DNA from: Cenarchaeum sp.
Lineage (GTDB): Archaea; Thermoproteota; Nitrososphaeria; Nitrososphaerales; Nitrosopumilaceae
Direction of reading: 5' to 3'
Length of the DNA: 64,000 bases
NCBI GenBank assembly: GCA_963693095.2
Contig: OY843768.1
Location: 1,472,001-1,536,000 of the forward strand
Shown one piece after another: positions 29,751 through 38,648 of the stretch. A program made the translations under genes and the position numbers. The notes beneath the pieces are model-generated. The model was not told the DNA's origin, made no database searches, and saw only the letters and a list, made by a program, of their open reading frames with translations. Every line of letters begins with the position of its first letter. Positions within the stretch are counted from its first letter, which is position 1.

Positions 29751-32600
29751 CTAGTTGCCGACCTCGACTGTGATATAGTGGAGCTCGGTTATCCCGTCGC
29801 GCACCATGATCGTCCCATAGCTTATCGTCTCTGCCTCCTCGTCCTCCCATGAGACGATGCGATCAGACGCGCCTATGAACGAGTCGATAAAGCCGAGTAT
29901 CGTCGAGGCGGCCTCTCCCTCCTCGGCGGCCGTGTAAAAGTATGCACGGGCCTCCTCAAAGGAGAGTGACGCCTGGATCGAGGACGGGCGCACGATTCCG
30001 GCTCCCTGGCCCTCAAAGAGCGCCTCGACGGCTGTCATGCGCGCCTCGCGCGAGAGGTCGCGCTCGTCTGCAGCAGCACCGGACGGCGAGACGCGCGCAA
30101 GCTTTGAGAGGTATGCCTCAAAGGCCTCCTCCTGCGTGTCGCCGAGACCGACATAGTACTCGCCGGTGAACTCGGCGCCGACTGCGGCGATCGTGCCGAG
30201 CTGCGCGACGACGCCGCCGGCGCCGGCCGTGTAGACTGGAATAAAGTACGTGTCATGGTCACCGACCCTGTAGAGTATGTTGTCTCCGATTCGCGGGTTG
30301 CGCAGGAGCGTCTTTAGCTGCGCAAAGTCGGGATCGCGATCAAGGGCCTCGCGGACCGCCGTCGGGCCGATGAGCTTTGTGGTCGATTCAAGCGGAACCT
30401 CGTAGAACTGCATCTTGCCTAGGCGCGGCAGGTCGTTCTCGACGACCATGTATCCGGCGAGGTTGCGACCCTGCGAGCCGCGAAGCTCGAGGGAGAGGAG
30501 ACCCACGAACTCGGGCTTCTCAAAGCCCGGAGGCTTTGCCTGGATATAGTACGTGTCAAGTCCCGTGGGCACCTCGTAGAACTGGTTTGCCTGTATGAAC
30601 GTCTCGACGTCAGTCACGTGGTACACGTTGTACATGTTTGTCTTCCAGTTAAAGAGCTCGACAGGATAGCGCGTCTGCTCGGTCAGCCACTCGGGGATCG
30701 GCTCAAAGTCAGCCTCGTACTGGCTCACAAACATGTCGGTGAAAAAGTCATCACCCGTGCGCAGAAGCCTAATGTCACCGTCGTACGTGTCGATGAGCGC
30801 ATAGCCGACGAGGCGGAGGTATGGGTTGCCCGCTGACCACGGCACGTCACGCGCGTCAAAGCCGACTATGAGCGGCATGAGCCAGTACGAAGAATCGCCG
30901 TCAGTCACGGGTATCGAGTCTATCTCCTTGCCAAAGAGCGAGTACAAAAAGTACGGATACAGCGTCTGCATGCGCTCGATGATGTCCTTGTAGCGCATGA
31001 CATGGACGGACTCGGCCGGAAATGAGAGCAAAAAGTTGGGCTCAAATATCCAGCTCACCGGCGGCGACACGCTCAGGCCTCCCTCGCCCGTATAGAACGT
31101 CCCGCCGAGCTCGGCGCTCGTGTCCCCGCGAGACACGGGATACGCCGACCACTGCTCCTCAAGGAGGCCCCCCTCGCCATAGTATATGGCGCGCTGCGAG
31201 AATATGCTGCTGCTGTCCACGATGTTGCCGTCCGTGGCGCCAAGCGTGAGGAAGCCGTTTGGCACGTGCGTGTAGACGAGGTGCTCGTTGTACCAGCGGT
31301 TCTCGAGCGTGACTGATGACGGGAGGATCGGCTTCATCGACGCGGTCCAGTAGAGCGTGTTGTTGAAGCGCAGGATGTCATTGTCCTCAAAGTCGACATA
31401 TGGTATGAGGCCGATCTCGGGCTTTAGCTTGGCAAAGGCCGCCTCCCAGTCCCACACGCGGATGGCCCCGAGGACGTCCGAGTTGGACTCGACGTACGAG
31501 GCTATATTGTTGGGGGAGACGGCCTCGAGGTCGATGTTGTGCATGTTCTCAGACACGTCGTCGAGCTCGCCGAGGTGGCGGTTCACGCCGATCTCCTGCG
31601 CCGTGTACGGCCCGAGGTACTCGATCTTGCGCGCATCAGCAATGCTGTTGTTGACTGACATTATCGACGCGGCGATGATGACTATGGCGACTATGGTCAA
31701 AAAGCGCACGTACACGTCGCGCTTGAGTATATGCGTCAGGACACGCGCGCGTATGCGGTCGATGGCCGAGAATGCCGCAAAGGAGACTCCGACGGCGAGG
31801 ATCGCGGCGATCGCATAGCGCGTGTTATAGTCGAGCTCGCTCGTAAAGAACATGTTGAGGCCAGTCCAGAGAATGCCGACGGCGAGGATTGCCTCAAAGC
31901 TTGAGACATAGCTCAGGTATCGCGGCTTGCCCTCGGCCATGTCGCGCACGTATGACGTCACGACGCGCACGACCGTGTGCAGTCCGACATAGAGCGCCAG
32001 GCGCAGGCCGACTGCGCCGAGGAGAGCCGGCAGGAGTAGAACGAGTGCGGGTATCATCGGTATGACACGCTCGTTGGCGTACATGCTGTCAGTTGGCGGC
32101 GTTACAAAGGGGAGCGAAAATAGCGCAGGCACACTCTCTATGCCGAGCGTGTTGCCCTCGAGGAACTCGGTGGCCGCAAAGCCAAACATGATGTTGACAA
32201 AGAACGACCCCAGGATGAGAACCTTGGTGAGCTGCCACATGGCAAACTGGACGCCGCCGAGGCGATAGTCGGCAAAGCTCTCAACGCTCTGCGCTATCTG
32301 CTCGCGCGACCCGCGCGAGGCCATCGAGACTGCCGAGGCGATGATGTACCAGAATATCGACTTGCGCGAGGCGCCGTTCACGCGAACCAGCGCGATGGCC
32401 GCGAGTATGAGGCCAGAGGTGATCGAGTATATGAGCGGCTTTGTGAACTTGTCGCCAAACTCTGTCACGTTCATCGAGAGGTTTACGCCCTGGTTGCCGA
32501 TTATGAGAAATCCCGCCACGGCGAGGGCCGCCACGACGATCAGGCGGACATACTTGCCCGCGTTGGGCGGGGGCGCGCTCTGGGTCGACTCGCTATACAA
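29751..32600 (-). CDS. UPF0182 family membrane protein
   Basis: N-terminal multi-TM region; IRVWD, WYNEHLVYTH..GF, IYYGE, RYPVELF..YHVTD..TF and IGP motifs. Confidence 0.88.
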   Translation of the reverse strand: MYSESTQSAPPPNAGKYVRLIVVAALAVAGFLIIGNQGVNLSMNVTEFGDKFTKPLIYSITSGLILAAIALVRVNGASRKSIFWYIIASAVSMASRGSREQIAQSVESFADYRLGGVQFAMWQLTKVLILGSFFVNIMFGFAATEFLEGNTLGIESVPALFSLPFVTPPTDSMYANERVIPMIPALVLLLPALLGAVGLRLALYVGLHTVVRVVTSYVRDMAEGKPRYLSYVSSFEAILAVGILWTGLNMFFTSELDYNTRYAIAAILAVGVSFAAFSAIDRIRARVLTHILKRDVYVRFLTIVAIVIIAASIMSVNNSIADARKIEYLGPYTAQEIGVNRHLGELDDVSENMHNIDLEAVSPNNIASYVESNSDVLGAIRVWDWEAAFAKLKPEIGLIPYVDFEDNDILRFNNTLYWTASMKPILPSSVTLENRWYNEHLVYTHVPNGFLTLGATDGNIVDSSSIFSQRAIYYGEGGLLEEQWSAYPVSRGDTSAELGGTFYTGEGGLSVSPPVSWIFEPNFLLSFPAESVHVMRYKDIIERMQTLYPYFLYSLFGKEIDSIPVTDGDSSYWLMPLIVGFDARDVPWSAGNPYLRLVGYALIDTYDGDIRLLRTGDDFFTDMFVSQYEADFEPIPEWLTEQTRYPVELFNWKTNMYNVYHVTDVETFIQANQFYEVPTGLDTYYIQAKPPGFEKPEFVGLLSLELRGSQGRNLAGYMVVENDLPRLGKMQFYEVPLESTTKLIGPTAVREALDRDPDFAQLKTLLRNPRIGDNILYRVGDHDTYFIPVYTAGAGGVVAQLGTIAAVGAEFTGEYYVGLGDTQEEAFEAYLSKLARVSPSGAAADERDLSREARMTAVEALFEGQGAGIVRPSSIQASLSFEEARAYFYTAAEEGEAASTILGFIDSFIGASDRIVSWEDEEAETISYGTIMVRDGITELHYITVEVGN

Positions 32601-32716
32601 ACTGGCGTCATGCTCACATGGTGCTTAATTAATGCCATGGCTCGGCACGCCCACACGGGCGTGGAATGGCCGGTGCGCTAGGCTCTCCCCCCTGCGGCAG
32701 GGGCAGGAATGGTGCC

Positions 32717-33832
32717 CTATGGCGCCTCGGGCACAGTCGCGATGCCCTTGCAGACCATATAGACGGCCGCATAGAGGGGAACCGTGACGCGCTCGCGCGA
32801 GTACGGCCCGAGGCTCCGCTTTTTGCCCAGCGAGAACCTGTGGGGGCACTCGGCGATGACCTCAACGGGCCGGTCGCCAAGAAGGCACGACTCGGTGTAC
32901 GCGCTGGCCGAGGACTCGCCGGCCGGAACCTTTGAGAGGCCGCTCTTGCCGTTGATCGAGCCGGGCAGCCTGAATATGCGGTGAATGTCTCCGGTCACCT
33001 GCGGGTCTATGCGCACGCCAATGCCGCGAGCCACCGAGTCGATGGCACTCTGAAACGCCGAGTGATCAGAGGAGGCCTTTTTCATCCTCTCGGCTCCGAG
33101 GCTCGAGGCGAGACGTCCGTGCCAGCCGGGATCGTTCCGTGAGGGAAGGTCGGGCACCTTGCCGGCGCGCCGCTGCACGCCATAGGCCTCCGGTATCGCC
33201 CCGCGAAACATGACATAGTCTGCAAGCTCGCGCCGTTCGCGAGAGCCGAGTGGCGCGTATGCGTCATCATGCACATGTATGTGGTATCCCTCGTTGCCAG
33301 AAAAGTACACGTTCACCGAGTCCGCATCCACCCCAAGGTCGTCTGAGAGCACGACGAGCAGCCTGCCGACCTCGACGTGCGCGGCCTTTATGCACTTTGG
33401 ACACGGTAGCGAGCGTACCGACACCTTTTGGGAGCTGCATGCGGAGCACTTCTTTTGTTCGGCCGTCGAGACGCGACTGCACTCCGAGCACACTGCAACG
33501 CTGTGACTATCGCGGCACGAGAGTGCGAGGTCCTTTGCGTCAATGTCAAAGATGAGATCCGCCTCGCGCCACTCTTTCTCCTTCATTGGCATGGACGGAA
33601 AGAGATATCGCGCGTTGGAGCAATATACATCAGAGGGCGCCTCACTCACAAGGAGCACACGCAGTGCGCGTTCATCCTCGTAGGACTGGTGGCGAACCAT
33701 CCCGTCATGGCCGACGCGCTGGAAGCCAAACTCGCGCTCGACCATGTGCTCAGGGTTGATCACGCGGTCATGGCGCTCAAGATAGTACTCTTTTATCGCC
33801 GCGCGCACGAGGTCGGCATCGGCGTCGTTCAC
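32717..33832 (-). CDS. priS: DNA primase catalytic (small) subunit with Zn-ribbon insert
   Basis: REFGF, LIFDIDAKDL, YFSGNEGYHIH and IDPQVTGDIHRIFRLPGS. Confidence 0.95.
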   Translation of the reverse strand: MNDADADLVRAAIKEYYLERHDRVINPEHMVEREFGFQRVGHDGMVRHQSYEDERALRVLLVSEAPSDVYCSNARYLFPSMPMKEKEWREADLIFDIDAKDLALSCRDSHSVAVCSECSRVSTAEQKKCSACSSQKVSVRSLPCPKCIKAAHVEVGRLLVVLSDDLGVDADSVNVYFSGNEGYHIHVHDDAYAPLGSRERRELADYVMFRGAIPEAYGVQRRAGKVPDLPSRNDPGWHGRLASSLGAERMKKASSDHSAFQSAIDSVARGIGVRIDPQVTGDIHRIFRLPGSINGKSGLSKVPAGESSASAYTESCLLGDRPVEVIAECPHRFSLGKKRSLGPYSRERVTVPLYAAVYMVCKGIATVPEAP

Positions 33833-34848
33833 TGCTCGCGCCTCCGGCCAAACTGCATCGGGCTTATTATCCCGTCACACTCGCTAGTCGCAAAGCAGAG
33901 GTTCTGCGTGCGCAGCTTGTCACATAGGGGGCACGAGTATTTTGTGCCGCCGTCAGCGCCCGATATGTTGTTGAGCTGGTACAGCGTAGTGCGCTCGTTA
34001 TAGTCAGGTGCGCCCTTGAAGAGCGGCGCAATCTTTTCGACGTCCCATCCTCGCCCGAGGAGGAACGTGGCGAGCATAAAGCGGCCAGAGTGCGGCAGGT
34101 TCTCGCCGCGCTCGAGAACCTCAAGCGCGTGCTTTATGCAGGGAGGATGCTCGCCTGTGACTTTGACGTACTTTGGCTCAAGCGCCACGGTGAGCTCTTT
34201 TATGCGCGCAACTGGCGCCTCAAAGTTCGGAAGCATCGGCGCTGTCGGACCCTGGCGTATGCGCTCAACTATATGGTCTGCGAGCTCTTGGCGGACAAGG
34301 CGAACCACCTGGTGTGCCGTGAGGCGAACCATTCCGCCGTCGATCTTGCGGTTGACGAGCTTCCACTCGCGCTCGTTAAAGTTCACCGAACGTGTGACAT
34401 AGCTCGGGACAGGAATCGTGTATCCAGACTCATCACGCCTCACCTCGACTGAAAAGAGCTCGGCGAGCATTCTTGCCGGCATGTCCCTGCTGCGCGACTC
34501 GCGCCCGAGACTCCCCTCTAGGAACTTTTCGGCACGGCGCGATTCGGAGAGCGCAAACCTCCGAACAAGCGATCTCGCACCAGAGATCTTTAGAATTACC
34601 ACTGCGAGGAGAAAGGAAAAGACCTCCCTGTCTAGAATGCGCGGATCCGTCGTCGTCGAGTCTAGCTCTGAGGAGTAGACGAGGCCATCGGCAGCAGCCT
34701 CTATTCGGCGCATTGCGCGCTCGACATATGGAACAAAGTCTGGATCGCTCCCGAGATTGTCTATCGTAAAGCCCTTTGATGCCATGTACTTGCCGGAGTC
34801 CTCTAGGAACGGATACATCGCATACTCTTTCGAGCCAATTCCCTCCAC
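33829..34848 (-). CDS. priL: DNA primase large subunit
   Basis: YPFL, WKLVNR, PPCI..GENLPHSGRF, Y.CPLC..C Fe-S ligands. GTG start at 34848 inferred; the track ORF extends into the neighbouring island. Confidence 0.93.
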   Translation of the reverse strand: MEGIGSKEYAMYPFLEDSGKYMASKGFTIDNLGSDPDFVPYVERAMRRIEAAADGLVYSSELDSTTTDPRILDREVFSFLLAVVILKISGARSLVRRFALSESRRAEKFLEGSLGRESRSRDMPARMLAELFSVEVRRDESGYTIPVPSYVTRSVNFNEREWKLVNRKIDGGMVRLTAHQVVRLVRQELADHIVERIRQGPTAPMLPNFEAPVARIKELTVALEPKYVKVTGEHPPCIKHALEVLERGENLPHSGRFMLATFLLGRGWDVEKIAPLFKGAPDYNERTTLYQLNNISGADGGTKYSCPLCDKLRTQNLCFATSECDGIISPMQFGRRREQ

Positions 34849-34968
34849 GGCAGCGCGGCGAGGCGCGGTTTTACTTAAAGGTCTAGCGCAAGAGTCCCCG
34901 TGAACAGTGTCGGAGGGCAAGCCCTCATGTGTCCAATGGCAGGAATTACGGCGCTCACGGCATAACCA

Positions 34969-34975
34969 TTTTAAG
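34969..34975 (+). promoter_or_regulatory. TATA box for the tandem-repeat ORF
   Basis: TTTTAAG about 25 nt upstream of ATG 34997. The same TTTAAGTGG precedes nfo at about 36232. Confidence 0.55.
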
Positions 34976-34996
34976 TGGACACACGGTACGGCTCCC

Positions 34997-35563
34997 ATGG
35001 AGAAAAGAAACGGCCGATGTGTCCTGACTCTAGAGGCAATACCCGACCTGACCATGAGGCAATGGAAGCAGGTCATGGATCAGTATGACTTTAGCGGGTC
35101 GGCATACCCAAGCAAGCAGAAACCGATGGAGCCGATATACATTGACGATGACGAGTACCTAGCGGCGCAAGAGGCCGCAAAGGAGGCGGCCAGGCAAACG
35201 GCGCCGAAAAAACACGGGAGGAGGATCCTGACGCCAGAGGAGATACCAGACCTGACCATGAGGCAATGGAAGCAGGTCATGGATCAGTATGACTTTAGCG
35301 GGTCGGCATACCCAAGCAAGCAGAAACCGATGGAGCCGATATACATTGACGATGACGAGTACCTAGCGGCGCAAGAGGCCGCAAAGGAGGCGGCCAGGCA
35401 AACGGCGCCGAAAAAACACGGGAGGAGGATCCTGACGCCAGAGGAGATACCAGACCTGACCATAAGGCAATGGAAGCAGGTCATGGATCAGTATGACTTT
35501 AGCGGGTCGGCATACCCAAGCAAGCAGAAACCGATGGAGCCGATATACATTGACGATGAGTGA
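34997..35563 (+). CDS. Hypothetical protein with three copies of a 50-aa module (68-aa period)
   Basis: ATG with TATA at about -25. The module KKHGRRILTPEEIPDLTMRQWKQVMDQYDFSGSAYPSKQKPMEPIYIDD repeats, joined by YLAAQEAAKEAARQTAP. Confidence 0.75.
   Translation: MEKRNGRCVLTLEAIPDLTMRQWKQVMDQYDFSGSAYPSKQKPMEPIYIDDDEYLAAQEAAKEAARQTAPKKHGRRILTPEEIPDLTMRQWKQVMDQYDFSGSAYPSKQKPMEPIYIDDDEYLAAQEAAKEAARQTAPKKHGRRILTPEEIPDLTIRQWKQVMDQYDFSGSAYPSKQKPMEPIYIDDE
35045..35560 (+). repeat. 204-bp tandem direct repeat, about 2.5 copies
   Basis: Units begin GACCTGACC at 35045, 35249 and 35453. Units 1 and 2 appear identical. Unit 3 has ATG>ATA and ends early. Confidence 0.97.
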
Positions 35564-35620
35564 TGGCGGCACTGGTATTGGAAAAGCAGGACGACACTTG
35601 AAAAAATGAATTACAGAATA

Positions 35621-35638
35621 CACCAGAGCCTATGGGCA
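35621..35638 (+). repeat. 18-bp direct repeat copy 1 (CACCAGAGCCTATGGGCA)
   Basis: Identical to 36014-36031. Confidence 0.9.
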
Positions 35639-35647
35639 GGGTCTGCT

Positions 35648-35905
35648 CTATGCGGGCATTCCCAGCTGCGTCATGTCGAATCCCCTGACGAGACGCCATT
35701 CTCTTCCCTCGGGAATGATCGGCTCCATGGGCGTCTCAACTGGCTCTATCATGCCGATCCTCTTGGCCTCGGCAATCACATCCCATGCCTCTTTCTCGGA
35801 GAGCGATCCCACAATCCGCGTTATGAGCTCCTCCAAGGGCGCAGAACCGCAGTATTGGAGAATATTGGCAATGAGCCTCAGGTCATCACGCCATGCCGGA
35901 TTCAT
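35648..35905 (-). CDS. Small hypothetical protein, wHTH-like (85 aa)
   Basis: MNPAWRDDLRLIANILQYCGSAPLEELITRIVGSLSEKEAWDVIAEAKRIGMIE...EWRLV (helix-helix-helix-beta-hairpin pattern). TTAATA about 25-30 nt upstream. Confidence 0.65.
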   Translation of the reverse strand: MNPAWRDDLRLIANILQYCGSAPLEELITRIVGSLSEKEAWDVIAEAKRIGMIEPVETPMEPIIPEGREWRLVRGFDMTQLGMPA

Positions 35906-36013
35906 TGAAAACCAACAGAATAGTGGAATTATTAAGCGTATGTGGCGCGTATAAAAAACACACATGGGAACTAGCACTCCACGACGTTGCCAGAAAAGAC
36001 GGATCATGGCGCG

Positions 36014-36031
36014 CACCAGAGCCTATGGGCA
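36014..36031 (+). repeat. 18-bp direct repeat copy 2 (CACCAGAGCCTATGGGCA)
   Basis: Identical to 35621-35638. Confidence 0.9.
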
Positions 36032-36264
36032 CTGCTTGTTGGACTCTTGTCCGTCGTGTCAGTTCCCATAATCATTGTTGCAGGACACATTAGCTCAATT
36101 CTCGTCTAGAGAGACAACTCGCGCACGTGCAGAAACATGCCATGCCGATTGCGTCTGCGCAGCATGGCGCACGCGCGGGCGGGGATGCCCATTCTGCGGC
36201 ACCCGCAGGCGCGCGCTGTGGTGAGCGCACCTTTAAGTGGGCTCCCCTGTGGGGTGCGCGCACA

Positions 36265-37107
36265 ATGGCTCAGATAGGCTGCCATGTCTCGATAGCCGGA
36301 GGAATCGGCAACGCGCCCGGCTATGCGGCCGAGCGCTCGTGTGCGGCGTTCCAGGTGTTTACGCGCAACCCGCGCGGATGGGCCGCAAAGGACCTCGATG
36401 CCGAGGCCATAGGCCTGTACAAGGCCAACCTAGAGTCATCTGGCATAGTCGCCGAGAACACGTGCGCGCACATGCCATACCTGCCAAACCTCGCCTCGAC
36501 AAAGCCTGACGGGCACGCAAAGTCAGTCGCCGCGCTAGTCGAGGAGGTAAAGCGCTGCGGCAAGCTCGGCATACCATACCTCGTCACGCACCTAGGCAGC
36601 CACCTCGGAGCCGGCGAGGAGGCCGGAATAAAGCAGCTCGTCGTCGCGTACAAAAAGGCCGCGACCGTAAAGAACGGCGTGACGATACTACTAGAGAACA
36701 CGGCAGGCCAAAAGAACTCTGTCGGCTCGGACTTTGCGCAGCTCGGCAACATCCTGGGCCAGCTAACCCCGTCGGACAGGTTTGGCGTCTGCATCGACAC
36801 GTGCCACGCGTTTGCGTACGGGTATGACCTACGCACAGAAAAGGGCGTGCGTGACTCGTTTGCGCTGCTCGATGAGAGCGTCGGGAAGGGCAGCCTAAAG
36901 ATACTCCACCTCAATGACGCAAAGGCGGGCCTGGGCTCAAACCTCGACAGGCATCACCACATCGGCCTCGGCGAGATAGGCAAGGCCGGCATGCGGGCCA
37001 CGGTCAGGATCGCCGCGAGGCGCCACGTGCCCATAATACTCGAAACGCCAATAGACTCGGTTCGCGATGACTATGAGAACGTCAGGGTGGCCAAGTCCCT
37101 TGTATAG
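36265..37107 (+). CDS. nfo: Endonuclease IV (AP endonuclease family 2)
   Basis: IGCHVSIAGG, HMPYLPNL, HLGS, LENTAG, CIDTCH, HLND, DRH and ILETP. Confidence 0.95.
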   Translation: MAQIGCHVSIAGGIGNAPGYAAERSCAAFQVFTRNPRGWAAKDLDAEAIGLYKANLESSGIVAENTCAHMPYLPNLASTKPDGHAKSVAALVEEVKRCGKLGIPYLVTHLGSHLGAGEEAGIKQLVVAYKKAATVKNGVTILLENTAGQKNSVGSDFAQLGNILGQLTPSDRFGVCIDTCHAFAYGYDLRTEKGVRDSFALLDESVGKGSLKILHLNDAKAGLGSNLDRHHHIGLGEIGKAGMRATVRIAARRHVPIILETPIDSVRDDYENVRVAKSLV

Positions 37108-37139
37108 GAATTTAGCACAGTGTGTCCGGGGCGCGCGCA

Positions 37140-38621
37140 ATGGACTATGACAGCGTGATGAACCTGGCCCTCGAGCGAGGGTTTTACTTTCCTAGCGGGG
37201 GCGCGTATGCCGATGCGCAGGCCGGCTTTTGGGAGTACGGGCCCAACGGCGTGGGCCTAAAGGGCAGGTTTGTCGAGCTCTGGCGGCGCTCGCTTGTGAG
37301 GCGCGCGCAGATGATCGAGATAGACGGCTCGCAGGTCATGCCGCCCTCCGTGTTCGAGTCCTCTGGCCACCTTGCGAGCTTTTCAGACCCCGTCATACAG
37401 TGCACCGCGTGCTCGGCGACGTACCGCGCCGACAAGCTCCTCGCAGGCGACGGTGCGCTGCATGAGGGCTCGGAGCCCTCCGAGATCGATGCTGCCGTGG
37501 CCAGTCGGGGCGTGGCATGCCCCGGATGCGGCGGCGCGCTCGGCCCGTCGCGCAGGTTCAACATGATGTTTGGACTCGGCATAGGTCCCGGCGCCGAGCC
37601 GGCGTACCTGCGGCCCGAGACGTGCCAGTCGATATTTGTCGACTTTCCGCGCATATACAAGACGATGAGGGGTCGCCTCCCGCTTGGCATAGCGCAGGTC
37701 GGCAAGAGCTTTCGAAACGAGATAGCGCCGCGCCAGAGCCTCCTGCGCCTGCGCGAGTTCTACCAGGCCGAGATCGAGGTGTTCTGCAACCCAAACAGGC
37801 TAGATGACGTCGCCCCGTTTGGCGAGATAGCCGACACGACCATACGCATACATGACGGCGAGGTGACCGAAAAGATGACGTGCGCGCACGCCGTCGAGTC
37901 TGGCGTGATCGCAAACCGCACGATCGCCTACTATGTCGGCCTTCTCTCCGAATTTTACGCAAGGACGGGAATCGACATGGAGCGCACGCGCTTTCGCCGG
38001 CTCTCCGGCACTGAAAAGGCGTTCTATGCGACCACTGCACTTGACTTTGAGGCCGAGGTCTCAACAGGGTGGCTCGAGCTAGTCGCGTGCAACTATCGGG
38101 CCGACTATGACCTAAAGGGCCACGCAAAGGGATCGGGCGAAAAGTTTGAGGTCATGGACGGCGAGGAGAAGGTTCTCCCGCACGTCTTTGAGATATCGAT
38201 GGGAATAGACCGCAGCCTCTACACGATACTCGAGCACTCGTTGCGCAAGGACACCGAGAACGACCGGACAGTCCTCTCGCTGAGGCCGCACATGGCGCCG
38301 ATCCAGGTCGGCATCCTCTCGCTCGTGAAAAAGGACGGCCTCGCCGAGAGGGCCAACGAGGTGTACAGGTCTGTCCGTGAGGACTATGCGGCGTTCCTTG
38401 ACCACTCTGGCGCCATCGGCCGGCGCTACCGCAGGCTCGATGAGGCCGGCGCGCCGCTAGCAGTCACCGTCGACCACCAGACCCTGGAGGACGGGACCGT
38501 GACGCTGCGGAGGCGCGACTCGATGGCCCAGGAGCGCATCGCCGCCTCTGATCTAGGGGCCGCAATAGGCGCCGAGGTCGCGTTTCCGGCCTCGCGTGAG
38601 GCTCCACGCGTAGAAAACTAA
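37140..38621 (+). CDS. glyS: Glycine--tRNA ligase (alpha2 type)
   Basis: SGH..FSDP, YLRPETCQ.IF, GKSFRNEIAPRQ.LLRLREF.QAEIE, PHVFE.S.GIDR and IGRRYRRLDE. Confidence 0.96.
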   Translation: MDYDSVMNLALERGFYFPSGGAYADAQAGFWEYGPNGVGLKGRFVELWRRSLVRRAQMIEIDGSQVMPPSVFESSGHLASFSDPVIQCTACSATYRADKLLAGDGALHEGSEPSEIDAAVASRGVACPGCGGALGPSRRFNMMFGLGIGPGAEPAYLRPETCQSIFVDFPRIYKTMRGRLPLGIAQVGKSFRNEIAPRQSLLRLREFYQAEIEVFCNPNRLDDVAPFGEIADTTIRIHDGEVTEKMTCAHAVESGVIANRTIAYYVGLLSEFYARTGIDMERTRFRRLSGTEKAFYATTALDFEAEVSTGWLELVACNYRADYDLKGHAKGSGEKFEVMDGEEKVLPHVFEISMGIDRSLYTILEHSLRKDTENDRTVLSLRPHMAPIQVGILSLVKKDGLAERANEVYRSVREDYAAFLDHSGAIGRRYRRLDEAGAPLAVTVDHQTLEDGTVTLRRRDSMAQERIAASDLGAAIGAEVAFPASREAPRVEN

Positions 38622-38648
38622 TAAGCAAACGCCTGCGGTGCGCCGGCC

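Noticed and set aside
34849-35076. Long N-terminal extension of PriL in the ORF track
   Set aside because: It is the antisense of the repeat gene's start. PriL homology begins near GTG 34848, with a TATA-like element at about 34875.
35080-35484. Two identical 66-aa minus-strand ORFs
   Set aside because: Antisense by-products of the 204-bp repeat. The plus frame has the promoter and continuous reading frame.
35045-35560. Tandem repeat as a CRISPR array
   Set aside because: Units are 204 bp and fully repeated, with no unique spacers, in frame within an ORF, and there are no cas genes.
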